Of a stretch of DNA of 64,000 nt, positions 14,090-27,250 are shown piece by piece (the stretch's first letter is position 1; each line of letters begins with the position of its first letter). Source of the stretch: the human T2T-CHM13v2.0 reference genome, Homo sapiens. The translations under genes and the position numbers were made by a program. The stretch lies in NCBI RefSeq assembly GCF_009914755.1, contig NC_060926.1; one strand, 5' to 3'. Under the pieces are notes generated by a model. The model did not search any database. It worked only from the letters and a program-made list of their open reading frames with translations, and had not been told where the DNA came from.

Positions 14090-14090
<1 letters not shown>

Positions 14091-14160
<70 letters not shown>
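14091..14160. repeat. compound (TG)n(TA)n microsatellite
   Basis: ~20 TG units followed by ~15 TA units. Confidence 0.97.
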
Positions 14161-14164
<4 letters not shown>

Positions 14165-14300
14165 GTTTTTTTGTTTTGTTTTGTAGAGACAGGATCTCGC
14201 CATGTTGCCCAGGCTGGTCTCGAACTCCTGGGCTCAAGTGAACCACCCATCTTGTCCTACCAAAGTGTTGGAAGTACAAGTGTGAACTACAGCACCCAGC
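14161..14300 (-). mobile_element. AluJ left arm / FLAM_C
   Basis: 'gttgcccaggctggtctcgaactcctgggctcaagtga' J-type left monomer. Confidence 0.9.
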
Positions 14301-17100
14301 AGAAAATTCTTTTCTTGAAGAATGCTGAATATAGCCCTCAATCTCTTCTGGCTTATAGGGTTTCTCCTGAAAGATCTGCTGTTAGCCCGATATGGTTCCC
14401 TTTCTAAGTGATCTGTCCATTGTCTTTAGCTCCCTTTAACGTTTTTTCTTACATTTTGACCTTGGAGAATCTGATATCTATATCTTGGGGATGGTCTTAT
14501 TGTGCCCTATTTGTAGGGGTTCTCTGCGTTTCCTGAATTTTAAAGTTGGTCTGTCTAGTGAGGCTGGGGAAATTATTAGATGGTATTCTGAAATATGTTT
14601 TCCAAGTTGCTTGCTTTCTCTTCCTGTATTTCGGGGATGCCAATGAGTCATAGATTTTGTCTCAGCATAATCCCATATTTCTCATAGGTTTTCTTCATTC
14701 TTTTTAATTGTTTTTTCTTTAATTTTGTCTGACTGAGTTATTTCAGAGATTCAGTATATTAGTCCATTTACACACTGCTGATAAAGACATACCCAAGACT
14801 GGGTGATTTATAAAAGAAAGAGAGGTTTAATAGACTTAGAGTTCCACATGGTTGGGGAGGCCTCACAATCATGACAGAGGGCAAGCAGTAGCAAGTCACG
14901 TCTTACATGGATGGCAGCAGGCAAAGAGAGAGCTTGTGTGGGGAAACTCCCCCTTATAAAACCATCGTATCTCATGAGACTTATTCACTGTCATGAGAAC
15001 AGCATGGGAAAGATCTGCCCCATGATTCAATTACCTCCCACCAGGTCCCTCCCACAACACATGGGAATTCAAGATGAGATTTGGGTGGAGACACAGCCAA
15101 ACCATATCAACTGGTCTTTGAATTCTGAGATTCTTTCCTCAGTTTGATAGATTCTATTGTTAATACTTGCTATTGTATTCTGAAATTCTTGAAGTGAGTT
15201 TTACAACTCCATTATCTCAGTTTGGTTCTTCTTAAAATGTCCCTTTTATCTTTTATCTTGCATACCATTTTATTTTATTCCTTAGACTGCTTGCATTGAG
15301 TTTTAAATTTCTTCTGAGTGTCGATGGTCTTTGTTCCTATCCATATTGTGAATTCTATTTCTGTCACTTCAGCCATTTCAGCCTGATTGACAAGCATTGT
15401 CTGGGAACTAGTGTGGTCATTTGGAGGTAAGAAGGCACTGGATTTTTGAGTTGCCAGAGTTTTTGCACTGATTATTGCCCATTTGTGTGGGCTGATGTTC
15501 CTTCAATCTTTGAAGTTGCTGTTCTTTAGAATTTTTTTTCTTTTATTTTCTTTTATGTCCTTGGGGGTTTGCTTGTGTTATAAGGTGGGTTCAGTAGACT
15601 GGCTTCATTTCTGGTAGATTTTTTGGGGAACCGATGTTCAGCTCAGCACTCCTGAGCTGTGTGGTCCAACTCTGAGAGGCTGGTATCCTGCCTCTGGCTT
15701 TGTTCTCTGGCCCTTCAAGATTGAGAACCTTTTGCACTAGAGGGGCCAAGGTGTTCCTAGACCATTGGCCACGAAATTCTGAAGGGCAGTGCCAGCCAAG
15801 GAGCTTTGTTGGGTGATGACAGTGGGATGTGTGCTCATTTGCACATGCCAGCAGCAGTGGCAGTGGGGTGGGGTGCACACTTGTCAGCTGGCATGGGGCA
15901 CCAGCAGGCCCAGAGCTGTTGGTCTCCATATGGGCATTGGCAATGGCAGCAGTGGTGGTGTGAGGGGAAAAGGAGCTAAAGGGAAGAGGGCTGCTGGGGT
16001 CCTTGTGTTCATTCACACCCATGGTGGTGTCAGTGCAAGGGCAGAGTGCTGGTAGGCACAGGGGTCATCACCTCCATATGTAGGTTCATACCAGAGGAGG
16101 TGGTGTTGCAGAGTGGGAGGTGGGGCCATTGTTATCTCTGCATGCGTTCACCCTTATGGCAGTGGCAGCATGAGGTGGGGAAAGGTAATGCTTGTGTCTT
16201 TATGCATGTTTGCACCAGCAATGGCAGTGCAGTGGGATGGTGGGTGCTCCCATACAACAGTGGGGGAAGAGGTGGTAAGGTCCACCAATGCACATGTGTG
16301 CTGGTAAAGCAATGGATGGGTGATCATGGGTGTGTGCATGCCCTAAAAGTGACAAGGGGGAAGCTGCCATGGGGAAAGGGTGCTGGTGGGTGGTGTGTTT
16401 CAGTGGGGGCTGCTCTTCTGGAGCTTTCTGATGGTCAGGCGTGGTCTGCCACTGCAGAAGCTATGATGCAGGCCCCCAGGAGTCATCCCAGTTGAGCATC
16501 TGAGACTGCACTTCCAGCAGGAATGGCCAGGCTGGGGCCCAGGGAAAGGCCAGTAGATGAAAGTGTGCTCAGGTCAGACTGGTCCTGTCTTATGAGCAAG
16601 ATCGCCTTGCTTTGTTCAGATCCAACAGTTCCCTTAAGGCTGGAGTCTCCTAGAGGAACATGGTGAGCCTTGGGGGATGTGTGTCACTGGCCACGTTCCC
16701 CTGCAGACATTCCTGCACCAAACCCTGTGGGCTCTGCACAGGCTGGAGTCCTGCCTCTACCATCCCTCTAAGTAGCTCTCCCTGCCAGCTCAATTTTCCA
16801 TGGAAGCTGTGGGATCTCCTTCTGCCAGGATTCCAGAGGTCCATAGCAACAGTGGGTCACTCTTCATCTGCTCAACTTACCCTTTTTCCAGGAGTCACTG
16901 GGGGCCAGGAATGAGTCCTTGTGCATGGTAGGCCCATGCAGGGTTTCCAGCTTCCTCTCCTTTTAGCCCAGCATCTGTATCCTTTCTCCATCCACCCTCA
17001 ATGCCTCCTTTCTGTTCACAGTGTGCCAATCTTCCCAGTGTTCCAGTCTCTCAGTGGCAGGTGTTCCTTCTCCCTGCGTCTAGTCACACATCTTGCCTCC
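14301..17100 (-). mobile_element. L1PA16-like 5'UTR and 5' part of ORF1, interrupted by THE1
   Basis: ORF1 antisense 'aagaatgctgaatatagccctcaatctcttctggc'; 5' start reads ggaggcaagatg on the minus strand at 17100. Confidence 0.85.
14755..15109 (-). mobile_element. THE1B-like MaLR solo LTR
   Basis: 'gctgataaagacatacccaagactggg...gatttgggtggagacacagccaaaccatatca'; 355 bp. Confidence 0.95.
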
Positions 17101-18995
17101 TTTTTCAGATATGAAATTCTTGGTTGGAATTTTTCTGTAAGAATGCTGAAAATAGGCTCCCAATCTTTCTTGGCTTATAAAGCTTCTCCTGAGAAGCCTG
17201 ATGTTAGCCTGTTGAGGTTTCCTATGTATACGATTCCATCTTTTTCTCTAGCTGCTTTTAAGAATTTTTTAGTGTTGACCTTGGGCAGTCTGGTGGCTAT
17301 ATGCCTTGGTGACATTTGTTTTGAATATTATCTCACAGTTTTTCTTTGGATTTCTTGTATCTGAATGTCTACCTTTCTGGCAATATTAAGAAAATTTTCT
17401 TGAGTTATTCCCTCAAATATGTTTTCCAGGTTGTTTACTTTTTTCCTTCTCTTTCAAAAATGCCAATAATTCATAGGTTTGGTCACTTTACATAATCGCA
17501 TATTTCTTGAAGACTTTGTTCATGTTTTAAATTCTTGTTTCTTTATTTTTGTCTGACTGGGTCAGTTCGAAAGACCAGTCATCAAGCTCTGAAATTCTTT
17601 CTTCTGCTTGGTTTGGTCTATTTATAAAGTTGTCAATTGGTGAAATTCTTTGAGTGAGTTTTTCAGTTCCAGAAGGTCTGATTGATTTCTTCTTATTATG
17701 TTTATTTCTTTTTTCATTTTGTGGATTGATTTAGAAGTTACTTTGTGTTGATTTTCAACTTTGTCTTGGATTTCCTTGAGCTTCCTTGCTTTGAATTATT
17801 TATCTGTCATTTCTGAGTTTCCATTATGTTTAGGAATCATTGCTGGAAAGCTACTGCGATTCTTTGGTGGTGTCATTACATTCAGATTTGTCATGGTGCC
17901 AGAATTCTTGCACTGGTTTCTTCCCATCTGGAGACTCTGGCATTTTTATTAATTATTTTCATGTGGGTAGAGTTTTTTCTTTTATTTTTCTTTCACTATA
18001 ATATTATTGTTATTATTTTCCCTTCCCCTGCCAGGTGTCCTTATGGTAGAGGATGCTGGATAGTGACTTTTGGCTTTGCTTCTATAGCCCTATATACTTC
18101 TTTCAGCAGGTTTTATATCGGGCTGTGAGGTGTGATCTACAAGGCAGTAGATGGCCTTTAAGCATAACAGCTGGATGTGGCCAATGTGGCTGTGTATATA
18201 TTTGATCCTTGTTTACCAGGAAAAGCTCTCTGTTGCCTCAGGCAATGGGCTAATCCATAGAGTGCACAGTGGTCTGAGCTCCCTGCCCAACCCCACGATC
18301 TCAGGAGCAGGCTGGCCAGTGCTAGGTTGCCAAGATGGCCCTGGCTGCAAGTCTCATTGTCCAGCAGAAACTGCAGCTATAGCAGCTCCTCCTCCTGCCT
18401 CAGGCCTGCAACAGAGGAGAGCACAATTCCAGTACTTACCACTGTGGTGCTTTCCACAATTCTAACTGGGGAGGTCCTTAACCTGCTCCAGAGCAAGTAC
18501 TCCAATCTCTGACCTGAGACAGCAATGCCTGCATGGGTGCACTGTCCAATCGCCAAAGAATGGCTGACTTTGTATGTGCCTGGATTAAAAATGGCATCCT
18601 ACTCTTGATCCTGGGTCTGGAGAAATGTCTGCAGCTTTTCCCAGTGGCTTTCCCTTTCAGTGCCTCCGATCTTCTCCCCAAGTTAGCTCCAGGACTTGGG
18701 AGAAACAAAGTGCTCTCTCTTGGCTTGGTTTGCTTGGATCCCCTGTGGAAAGGACTCCCCTGAGTCAGAGAGGGAGGCTCTCTGCCCAATTCACATACTA
18801 GGACTTCATTCACTTTTTTTATGCTGTCATGGAGGCTATTCGCCCAAGTTCTTCTCTCCTGGATCTGGGGTGTCCTTCACAGTTCCAGTGGAGTCCCATT
18901 TTCTTCTTGAATTAAAGCCCACAGCGTTGATCTTTACATATTATCTTGCTATTGACAGGTGGTGGAGGCAGGCTAAAAGCATGAATATCCTTTTT
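17101..18995 (-). mobile_element. second L1 5' end (ORF1 5' part plus a different 5'UTR; L1PA15-16-like)
   Basis: ORF1 antisense paralogous to 14301-14750; 5'UTR 'cttcttgaattaaagcccacagcgttgatcttta...gctaaaagc'. Confidence 0.8.
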
Positions 18996-19748
18996 CCTGT
19001 TCTTGAATGATGATACACATTTGTCCAAATATTTTACAAAAGTAAGATTTTGAAGATTTGTTGAAATGCAGTCATATGCTTCTGGATTTTCCTACGATTA
19101 TTATACATTTTATTCGCAACAACCTAATATTAGACTGATCTCATTTCAGCTCCTCTTTCACTCAACGAATGCTTATTGAGTGCCAATTCTGTGTCATCAC
19201 AGTTCCATTAAATGTCCATTTAACCTTGTCTCATGGTTAATTAATACACCCGTGTTTGGAATAATCTATTATTGTATGAAAAAAGAAATATATTTTATTT
19301 TATACATTTTCAAAAGTAAAATACAAAAAGGTGTCTTTATGCTGAAGCCAAACACGTTTGAACAGCTTTCTGGGGAATCAGAAGATGATTATCTATCTTT
19401 CACTCTGTTTTCCTCACCGCTTGTCCCCTTTCCTTCCTTTTTAGCTTATAGCTTTCTGGAACCTATTTCATCTGCCTTTTATAGTTGAAAGTTTGACATA
19501 CACAAAAACATGCTCTTGTATAATTGCCTCAATGTTTTTTCATCTTGCTGAAGGTGATTATTTTAAACTGCTGTGAGACATGATGAATCAACAATTATAT
19601 TACATACACAAATATATGCAGAGCATTTGCTTAGGAAACTTGATTTCTAAGGCAAAGCATTTTTTATCATGAGAATTCACTAGATCCAGCGACTGTGCTG
19701 AATTCTGAGATAGTTTTGAAATTTTACTAAAAAACAAAACACACATAA

Positions 19749-20084
<336 letters not shown>

Positions 20085-20489
20085 AAACAGATTTTTTTAA
20101 TGCCAAAAATGGCATGGGTGATAATATAGTTTATACTATGGGTGAAACTCCTGGAGATTATATATGCTTACTCATCCTTTCTTCAGAACCTGTGCTGACA
20201 AAGGATGTGGCTTATAATGACAATGGAATAGGGAGTGGTAGCAGGAAATGAAAAAGACCCTAAAAACCCAGATACCACTCAGACTGCTATTCACGATGCA
20301 GTAAGGAATCAATCTCTATACGTCATTGGATGCAGAACATCTAGGATGCTTTTAATTTCCAGAACCAGAATAACACATAACAAATTTAAAGTAGCTTTGA
20401 GTATTGCTACTTAATAGTCAATAAATATTCAATAAATAATAATGAATATTCAGTGACATGTCATTTTAAATTAGTTTTATTCTAACACT

Positions 20490-21050
20490 ATAAAAGGGTT
20501 TAGGTCACAAGTGAATGAGAATTCCACAGCTATTTAAGCTTCAGGTATGAAGTAATGAGACACCCCTACATCTAATTCTCTATAATCCTCTCAGCTTTGC
20601 TTTTGTTTGGCTGACTTAACTTTTCATAGCCAAATGGCTCCAGCAGCTCCAGACATCACCTCTTCACCCTAACCTTAGAGTGGGGCTTTTCATAATGTGT
20701 TGATGACCCATCAGCTGATCTATAAACAATATAGTCCATCATGACCAGCATTTAAATAAACTAATGTAAGGGAAAATAATAGAATAGAATAGAATCTGAA
20801 AATATCAGAATGAATTACATGTGGTAAAGATAAATACCTTTTATACAACTTTTGTTATATGTAGACAATGTGTGCACGGAGCTGTGATGTGAAATTTATT
20901 TATTTCTGTGGCTCATCATGAAACATTTAGAGAAAGAGAAAAAGAGACAATTTCTTCCTGCCTTGAAAACTGCAGTGATACCTTTTCCTGGCCCATTGAT
21001 TCAAATGGGCTCCTAAATATTCCTGAAACAATTACTGCTGGGTGCACATT
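20490..21050 (-). mobile_element. old MLT1 (K/L-like) LTR fragments split by a Charlie element
   Basis: 'aaatggctccagcagctccagacatcac' and 'cctgaaacaattactgctggg' are MLT1-like; boundaries approximate. Confidence 0.45.
20678..20930. mobile_element. hAT-Charlie DNA transposon relic (Charlie4-like)
   Basis: 'atagaatagaatagaa...aaaatatcagaatgaattacatgtggtaaagataaatac...tgtgatgtgaaatttatttatttctgtgg'. Confidence 0.6.
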
Positions 21051-21717
21051 CAAGTGTTGTGGAATCCAAAGCTATATTATTTGGGTTGGGGGAGGGATCT
21101 TTAAGAAAAAGAATTTGAAATTGCCTGTATAGCATTAGGTATAAATATTAATGTAAAGCAAGGATAGAAATATTACACCTTTTAACAAGCTAACAAATGC
21201 TGCAATTAAAAATACACATTTTAAAAAGCTAAATTAAATACTTAAATTGTTCCAAGCACTTAATTGTTCTTTCTTAATAACAGTATTTTTCTTAATTAAA
21301 TGCTTGGAACAATTCTACAATATTTTTTTAAAGACAGAAGCCTTAACCAATTGTTATTAAAATAACTTTTGCAAATGTTGCAAAAATATTTGCCAGATGA
21401 GCTCATTACTAGTTCCCACCAGAGCTTTGGAAGGAGCTCTTGCAAAGGAGGAGCTCTGAGGCTTATGAAATTTGCTATAATGTACCCCTTCTATTCTAGA
21501 GCCAGGGTAAAGTCAGTGTCCCTTAGGCCCATAGGCTTGCTGGCATTAATATAGCTTCAGGATGGAGACTAAGAGTGGATGCTGAGAAGCCTGCCAGTCA
21601 GGTTTCCTACCTGCTTAGAGATCCAGAAGCTGACTTTCCATGAATACACAGAAAAGTTGTTTCTTGAAAAGGTGGTGGTTTTCTGCTTCTGATGACAGAA
21701 AACTAGAAAATACAGAT

Positions 21718-22152
21718 TGTAATAGCTAGTTTTATATGTCAACTTGGCTAGCTATGCTGTCTATTTTTTAAGTAAACATTATCTAGCTGTTGCTGTGGAG
21801 GCATTGGTAGATGTGGTTAACATCTACAATCAGCTGACTTTAAGTAGATTATCTTTGATAATGTGGTGGGCCTCATCCAATCAGTTGAAGGGCCTTGAGA
21901 GCAAAACTGAGGTTTCTCTGAGGAAGAAAATCCTTCCTCAAGACTGCAGTATCAGTTCCTGCCTGAGGGTTTTCTGGAAGTTTTTGACTTGCCAGTTTCC
22001 TCATAATCATGTAAGACAATTCCTTGAAAGAAATCTCTTAATGTGTGCCTGTGTGTCTTTGTGTCTGTGTACATATGTGTGTGTGTGTGTGTGTGTGTGT
22101 TTATATAGATATATGTATTCTTATTATTCTTTGGAGAACTCTAATTGGTACA
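21718..22152 (+). mobile_element. MLT2D-like (ERVL) solo LTR with internal (TG)n
   Basis: TG..CA ends; 'atgtcaacttggcta' and 'gggcctcatccaatcagttgaagg'. Confidence 0.9.
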
Positions 22153-22339
22153 GTGATTAACCCTCTGGATGAAGACAATGGAAAGATAAATAGAACAAAT
22201 TTAGAACTGCAAACTACAGCAACCAAAATTCTGGTCTTCAAGTATGAGTTTACTCATAGACTAGACACAACTGCAGAGTGTATTATTTTCTTCTTACTTT
22301 ATTTATTCTACTTCTTATTATGCCAGTTCACCATCTAAA

Positions 22340-24155
22340 ATGAGGCACGATGAGACAAGGGGATGGAAAATTGCAAAGACAGGGTGAGAGAACCACATGA
22401 TACTGTGAGAAAGCTTTTTTTTTTTTTTAACCTGGAATGGCAGAAGGAACAGAGACGAAATGAGTTAGAAAATACATTTAAAGAAATAATGAGTAAATGT
22501 TTTAAAAAATAGTTGAAAGACATAAATTCTACATTCAGAGCCCAGTCAATCCCACAAGAAAAATAAAAATAATTTATCATGTAGGTTCATCCTAGAGAAA
22601 CTGCAGAGAAACAATAAGAAAGCCAAAATTTTAAGGACAACCAGAATTTTAAAACATCAGATTACATACAAAAATGAATACACTATACTGAATAGAAACA
22701 ATGAGTGTCCTTACGTGGGTTGAACGAATATAAGAGCCCATCAAGAATTCACATTATTAAAAGGTTAAATTAAACTATTTTGAGATAAAGCAGAGATTTG
22801 TCACTTCCAAATAGAGCCTAAAATAGAGAAGAAAGTGCGTTCTTCAAGGAGAATAAAAATGATCCGAGAATGAAATTTGGAGACAGAAGAATGAAAAGAT
22901 ATAGAAGATAAATATACATACAAATTTAAATATACATTTATTGTCTAAAACATCAATAACGTGTTATGTGGTTTAAAATATATGGAGAATAAAATACGTA
23001 ACAATAGCATATTATTAATGTAAAATTTTTCTAAGATTCTTGACTTATTTAGGAGGAGTGTCAAAGAATCAGTTAATATTAGACATTGATAAGTCAAGAA
23101 TGTATGTTTTATTTTTCAGGTAAGCACTAAATAACATAATTTCTTAATTCAGAGAAGAGAGAGAAATAAAATACTAAAAATTTGATCAGTTCATGGAAGG
23201 CAAAAAAGAAGAGAAAAAGGAAAATTCAATAGTTGGTCAAAAATAAAGGACATAGTAAATTGATAGATTTATGCCACAAGATACTGTAACTTAAATTTAA
23301 TGGAAGTCGAATACATGTAAAAGTTAAAAGACAAAAGTTGCCATAATGGATTAGAAATAGAAGAAAATTACCTGAAAGTTTAAGATCCAGAAAGGTTGAA
23401 TAAAAAATAATTGAAAAGGCCGGGCACAGTGGCTCATGCCTGTAATCCCAGCACTTTGGAAGGCCAAGGTGGGCGGACCACCTGAGTTCGGAAGTTTGAG
23501 ACCAGCCTGACCAACATGGAGAAACCTCATCTCTACTAAAAATACAAAAATTAGCAGGGAAGCTGAGGCAGGAGAATCACTTGAACCCGGGAGGGGAGGT
23601 TGCGGCGAGCTGAGATCATGCCATTGCAATCCAGCGGGGGCAACAAGAGCGAAACTCCATCAAACACACACAAAAAACTAATAATAATTGAAAAAAGCCA
23701 CACAATGCAAACACTAACTGATATAATATGATGCAGGTATGTTAATATCAGGAAAAATCTACTTGAAGGTAAAAAACTTTGCAGGAGTGAAAGTGGTTCC
23801 TTCTTCATCGCAACAATGTTTATTTAACAAATATGCGATGTTTCTAAATTTTTATGAACCTAATAACAAGGTTCAAACTGCAGAAAGAAAGATGTCAGAA
23901 ACTACACGCAGAAACAAAATCCCCATAATCATAATGGGAAATTTTAAAACATTTTGAGTGAATTATACAATGAGTCATCAAACATAAAGAGGGTAAAACC
24001 AATTTGAACAGCATGATTTGCAATTTGGACTCAATTTATATAAATAAAATATTGCACCGAGCAAAAGTGTAATACACATTTTTTTCTCAATCACACAGAA
24101 AACATTTCCCAAAGTGACCACAGTTAAAGCCCAAGTAAGTTACATAGGGTTGAAA
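22340..24155 (+). mobile_element. old L1ME ORF1 to ORF2-start region, interrupted by an Alu
   Basis: A-rich sense strand with ORF1-like 'aaagaaataatgagtaaatg' and endonuclease-like 'cataatcataatgggaaattttaa' (IIMGNF). Confidence 0.65.
23418..23682 (+). mobile_element. AluSp with internal deletion
   Basis: Sp diagnostics 'cctgaccaacatggagaaac' and 'gcaacaagagcgaaactcc'; TSD aataattgaaaa. Confidence 0.95.
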
Positions 24156-24694
24156 TCGTATGTATTATAGTATACATTTTCTCACCCCATCTCTGCATTT
24201 CCTTGTTCCTTTGTTATGTTATAATCATTTTCTTCCCTCTGGTGCTTTTTTGTAGCACACACTGTAAGCCACTTTTCCATTTTGTGAGTGTCAATTTAGT
24301 AACAATACTATCTGTAAATCAACTTCACTGAGCACTGGGTAAGCTCCAGTAACTTGAAATGCCTAGCCAGTGGATGAGCCAGCCGGTTACCTTGTAACTG
24401 ATAGCTGGGTGACACCCCTTTCTCTCTTAGGAGATCTTGCTTACCACAGGTGACTAAGCGAGGGTGCCAGTGTTGGTCTGTACACTAAATATTAGAATAC
24501 ACTAGTTTATTTCTTATTACATTAGATAAATAGTAGAGAAAATTTTACATTTTTCTGTTAGTGATAGATTGAGGGCCCCAAATGAAAAAATATTAAAAAG
24601 TTATAATTTTCTTCTTCCTGCATCTCATTAGACTGATATTTTTTGCACACTTTATTTCAGATGTCATTTTTTGTATGGCAGTGGTTTGTGGTAC

Positions 24695-25135
24695 TGTAGC
24701 ACACATGGCTCATACCTCCCTCCATATCCCCTTGGCCACCTGCAGCTGCCACTCCTGGCATGGACAGATGCCTACCTTGGGTACCTCCCTTGTTCTCTGC
24801 CTGAGAACTTTCTTGTTCTACTGGGAGCAGGGAGAGTTAACAGCCCAGGGGCAACCATTAACCAACAGAGGGTGAGCCAGGGAATAGCCCCCTCCCCGCC
24901 ACTTTCCTCTCTTCTAGTTGCCAATTCTGAGATATGTTCTACCTGGTTTCTGGAGAGTTCTAACTATAAAGAAGCCCCGGTTAGTTACAGCAGAAACCTG
25001 TGCATTAATTTATTCCTTATTGGTTTTTCTTCCTTCCCTCTCCTACTTCCTACATTTCCTCACTTGTGTTCTCTGGAATGAACCATACCCACATCCTTGT
25101 TTTAGACTCTGTTTTGAGGGTAATCAAAATAAAGA
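24695..25135 (+). mobile_element. LTR16-family (ERVL) solo LTR
   Basis: 'gagttaacagcccaggggcaaccattaaccaa', 'caattctgagatatgttctac', 3' end 'ctctgttttgagggtaatcaaaataaaga'. Confidence 0.75.
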
Positions 25136-25136
25136 T

Positions 25137-25718
25137 TGGCAGCGATAGTTTTAACTGTATAGTACACGTTTCCATTTCCATCTACTTTAGATAAGAACAG
25201 CCACTTCTGTAGGGAAGTCAGTCATCCTCCATTCATGTTACTGTGAAGGGATGATTAATTACAGTACTTTAAGCTTCTATTCGTTTAGGTGTGAGCATGC
25301 TACCCAGGCCTGGTTAAGCATGGTATTCAATCCTCCTACATACAGTGATGAAACGAAACAGACCCAGACAGTCTATCCATGCATTTGATGCATAGTTGCT
25401 GAGATGAAGACTTTCTCTTCTTTTTGCTAAGACGCAGATCTTGACCTTCAAGGAAACAAAAGCCTGACTGAAACAGGCATGACTAATGCCAACAAGTGAA
25501 GCCAAGCAAACCCAAGAAGAAATTGAAAAACAGAAAGGGAATGGGTAGAAAGCTCAAAATATAATATTTGAGCCCCTGGATCTAGCTGGGTCTCAGATCC
25601 ACACTTCGGATTTTCTGGTTGCATGTGCATTTCAAACTCACTTCCCACCTTTTTTCTGTTAAACCAGTTTAAGATGGATTTTGATGACTGAAAACTCAGT
25701 GTCCTAATTACCATACAC
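25137..25718 (+). mobile_element. MLT1K/L-like MaLR LTR
   Basis: 'tttgagcccctggatctagctg', 'ttaaaccagtttaagatggatttt', 'gtcctaattaccataca'. Confidence 0.7.
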
Positions 25719-25894
25719 ATTCTTTCCTCAAGTACATCTGTCTCTTCAGTGAACATTTACAAAAATATCATGAAATGCATAGCGTGCCATTTTGTTGTAT
25801 ACTTGTTTAATTTTATTTGAACCCTGAATGTGTTTGATTTGGGATTATTTCATTTGCCTATGATGAAACCAGACAGGCAAGAAATGAATAATTC

Positions 25895-25990
25895 TCTACA
25901 TCATCGATGTTTGGTTACCGCTTTGGTGTCTAGTACAGAAGAGTGCATGCTGAGAACACTTTGAGAGCGTGTGTTGAATGAATGAGTGAG
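25895..25990 (+). mobile_element. L2 3' end
   Basis: Ends in 'tgttgaatgaatgagtga'. Confidence 0.55.
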
Positions 25991-25994
25991 AGAG

Positions 25995-26170
25995 GAGCAA
26001 GTGCAGAGGCTGTAGGATAGCACGAAGATGGCACATTTGAGGAACTGAAAGGCCACGTGCAAAGAGCCAGTCGGGTGCAGAAGAGGCTAGGAAGGTAAAC
26101 AGGTGGTCAGGTGAGGGTCACCAGGTGGCACAACCTCAGGAAGGCCTTTCACATTATAGTTTACATAAAT
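25995..26170 (-). mobile_element. L2 fragment
   Basis: 'agcaagtgcagaggctgtagg...tttgaggaactgaaaggcca'. Confidence 0.5.
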
Positions 26171-27094
26171 GGTACCCCTCTGGAGGTACAACCCGTCTAT
26201 GAATGGTGCCCCCGGGGTTTTGTAATGCAACATCCTTGAAACAAGAGGAGGGAAGAGCACCAGGTCACTGTGCACTTAGGAGATGAGGCAGAGTGAGGTT
26301 CATTGTGAGGAAAATCTCATACAGAACTAGGATACCGAGGGCAAATTTTCCAAACCTGTTATCGCTTGTGGTTGGGCTTTTTGTCCATTCTGGACACACA
26401 CATAATTAGCAATTGCTATGGCCAGGAAATGTCAATACATATACTTTAGCACACACAAAATCATTAATACATGCAATCCAGTCTTCAGCACTACAAAAAC
26501 ACAAGGGGTCCAGATGCACTGGATTCTCAAAACTAAAAAAAACAGTCCTCATATGCACCCCTACAACCCAGTAGCGTCTCCCAGTAATATTTTGAATCAA
26601 TTTTGATATTTTTCGGTTGAGAATATTTTTTCACACTTTACTTTCAACACATTTTGATGTATTAAAGTGAGACCATTTTATTACATCTCACCTCCCTTGC
26701 AAAAATTGCCAAAAACCATAATCAAACCCACACGTGTTTCCCGAATGTTATGTAACTTTCCAGTACATAGCAGGGTGAAATATGCAATCTTAATTTTACT
26801 CTACCATGAAATTATTTGCCTGGTGCATGCTTCTCTATGAAGAGCTTCGAAACAATCATGATTGTGATTGGCGCACATAAAAAGAAGAGCAGTTATTTGC
26901 TTTTCTACTGGCTTTCCAAAGAGTTGCATTGGTGATTTAATGAGAAAATTCAAGTTCTCTTTGTTTCATAATACTAGTGATCTCCCAAAGGATATTGTCC
27001 ACTCCCTGACTCAGAGCAAAGTTAATTTCTAGGCTCATTTGCTGCAGGACATAGAATAGATATGGAATCATGTAATGCCTCTGTCATATCCAAC

Positions 27095-27250
27095 TTCTAT
27101 CACCTTTGTTTAAAGTTGCTTAAACTCAGTTGTCTCAACTGTACAATGAGGATAACAATGACTTTGCTATAGAACTTTTGCCAGACATTGAAATATAAAT
27201 ACCTAATCTAGGGTTTGGCATATGTTATCATTGTTATTATAGCATTAATA
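27095..27250 (+). mobile_element. MIR SINE
   Basis: 'ctcagttgtctcaactgtacaatgaggataacaat'. Confidence 0.6.

Noticed and set aside
15591-19010. Many ORFs of 100-149 aa
   Set aside because: Read-throughs of GC-rich L1 5'UTR and antisense ORF1 sequence
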